Shown here: piece after piece, positions 19,797-22,413 of the stretch
Layout of the letters: each line of letters starts with the position of its first letter
How positions within the stretch are numbered: position 1 is the first letter of the stretch
Assembly (NCBI RefSeq): GCF_006345805.1
Contig: NW_021836770.1
Location: 1-22,413, forward strand
DNA length: 22,413 bases
From: Octopus sinensis
Lineage: Eukaryota
Direction: 5' to 3'
Notes under the pieces: model-generated
Database searches by the model: none
What the model saw: only the letters and a program-made list of their open reading frames with translations
Told to the model about the DNA's origin: nothing
Position numbers and translations under genes: made by a program

Positions 19797-19885
19797 ATTT
19801 TTCCCCTGATGAAGGAGTAATTATCGTGATGCACCCTCCTGCATTAAATACGGTGATGAACCCCTGAAATGGCCATAGGAAATGT
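19797..19885 (+). ncRNA. Candidate minimal type I hammerhead ribozyme (Penelope/retrozyme type)
   Basis: CTGATGA (19806-19812); stem II AGGAG/CCCCT with one mismatch; GAAA (19866-19869); palindromic stem III ATGGCCAT; cleavage triplet ATA (after 19877); imperfect stem I TTCCC/GGAAA. Confidence 0.55.
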
Positions 19886-20124
19886 AAATATGGTTTCTTC
19901 TTTTTTGCTTGGACACTGGCTTTTAACAATAGGTTTCCCTATGTGAAAGAAAAAAGCATTATGTGATTAAATGTTCGAGATATGAAATGTTAGGTGGATG
20001 ACCTTATATTTGTTTGTTCTGCAACCATAGTTTAATATATTTTCTCATTTAATTGAGCACTCCTATAGCAGTTATTAAACATTTTGTTCCTGATAAGAAA
20101 CAATCACTTTATTATTGTTGTATG

Positions 20125-20133
20125 TACATATAT

Positions 20134-20222
<89 letters not shown>

Positions 20223-20233
20223 ATGTATATATA

Positions 20234-20265
<32 letters not shown>

Positions 20266-20270
20266 ATATA
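20125..20270. repeat. (TA)/(TG)/(CT) compound microsatellite
   Basis: Directly visible. Confidence 0.9.
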
Positions 20271-20419
20271 TACCTCAACTGAGGTAATTAATAGGTATGT
20301 ACTATAAGTGCTCACTTCGGCTTGAACTGCAACAGAAAAATGTGGTGTTGAGACAGCCTATCGAAGGCGGATAGAAGGTTTTTTCTCATTGAGTAGATGG
20401 AAAAAGATTAGTTAGAATA

Positions 20420-20845
20420 ATTATATGTATATATATATAGTATATATCTATATATATGATATATATATATATATATATATTATATAATATATCTATATAT
20501 ATATATAATATATAATATATATATATATATATATAATATATATATAACGTACCAGTGACGCACTGCGGTCGATGTAATCGACTTAATCCTTTTGTCTGTC
20601 CTTGTTTGTCCCCTCTATGTTTAGCCCCTTGTGGGCAATAAAGAAATGTATATATATATATATATATTAATATATATATATATATACTATATATATAATA
20701 TATATATATATTATATATATATATATATATATGCATACACATACTTTCGTGTGCACATGCGCACATATTGTTTGGATAAACAGATGACAAATTCTATATA
20801 TGTATAAATGTTAGAATGTGTCAATACTGTTAGTACAAACACCTG

Positions 20846-20890
<45 letters not shown>

Positions 20891-21462
20891 ATAAATAATA
20901 TGCTCTGTGTTTACGTATCACAAATATATATAGATGTGAGTATGTGTGTATGCGTGATGTATATGAGTGTGTACGTGTGTGTGCCTGTGTGTGTGTACAT
21001 TATCAGCGGATCCTGTGGTTATTCATACGCAAGCGAGCATGCTATGGTTCTTATTTGTCCAATTTAGGAGCAGAGAAAATAAAATCCTCAGTATAAATTA
21101 ATGTATATATATACCAACACATACACATGCTTTGTCTCTCATACACACATACACAACACACACATTCACGTAATATATATACATACATATACACACACAC
21201 ACACACATATATACATATATAGATATACATAAATACACACACATATATATACATATATATATATACATACACAAACATGTATCTATGTGTGCGTGGTAAA
21301 CGAAACTGCTTACTCATCATAAGATTACTGCGATGGTATATATGTGTGCATGTTTATACACATACACGCATATGGATATAGGTATACATGAATGTTTATA
21401 TATGTATATATGTGTTTATACATACATACATACCTACATACACATATATTTATATATGTATG

Positions 21463-21495
<33 letters not shown>

Positions 21496-21528
21496 TATTT
21501 ATATATGTATGTATATTATATATATTTA

Positions 21529-21569
<41 letters not shown>

Positions 21570-21644
21570 TAGTATATATACATGGACGCTAGAGTTGCTT
21601 TTCTGTATGTGTTATACCTGAATATCTGTGTTTGTACGTATGTA

Positions 21645-21702
<58 letters not shown>

Positions 21703-21712
21703 GTGTGTGTGT
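20420..21712. repeat. Mosaic of degenerate TA, TG and CA microsatellites with short unique spacers
   Basis: Directly visible. Confidence 0.85.
20548..20647 (+). mobile_element. SINE family C 3' half embedded in (TA)n
   Basis: GTACCAGTGACGCACTGCGGTCGATGTAATCGACTTAATCC...AGCCCCTTGTGGGCAATAAAGAAAT, the same tail type as 3462-3560. Confidence 0.85.
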
Positions 21713-21994
21713 TTAGCGAAAAGGGCAACTTAGTCGAATTAGCTATTCGGACAGAAAGCAATCAGAAACAACTAGAGAGATAAGATTAGTTCGGTATTGA
21801 ATTGTTGTAGCTTCTGTTTTTAGCCTTAAAACAGCCAGAGGTAGCATTCTCGGGTAGAAACAGTTCTTGTATAGTGTCATTAATGTAATAGACTGCTTAT
21901 CGTTCGGACAATATGGTCAGAAAAGACGAATCAGCCAGTTCACTGCACGCAGCGGCCATTCTCATACAATCTTGGTAATTTCTGGTTGCCATTG

Positions 21995-22413
<419 letters not shown>

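Overview
Eukaryotic, AT-rich, repeat-saturated non-coding DNA. The SINE families and the very dense di-, tri- and tetranucleotide microsatellites look like an octopus (coleoid cephalopod) genome; this is pattern recognition, not a database result. I can support no intact host protein-coding gene, and most ORFs in the track are translated microsatellites. Decayed DNA transposons: a mariner 3' remnant, two different maT-type (DD37D) Tc1/mariner copies, and a 545-bp fold-back element built from a transposase 3' end. Decayed retrotransposons: an L1/Tx1-type LINE with two internal deletions, an RTE-type LINE remnant, and two short fragments resembling RLE-type (R4/Dong/NeSL-like) elements. There are also many copies of at least three tRNA-headed SINE families, which I label AB, C and D, some nested and some inverted. 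The best leads are a minimal type I hammerhead ribozyme motif (~19797-19885), the transposase-derived hairpin element, a SINE tail matching the 3' end of the neighbouring Tx1 LINE, and a head-to-tail chain of elements joined by (ATT)n. None is demonstrably a new biological system; each resembles a known class and needs the checks listed.
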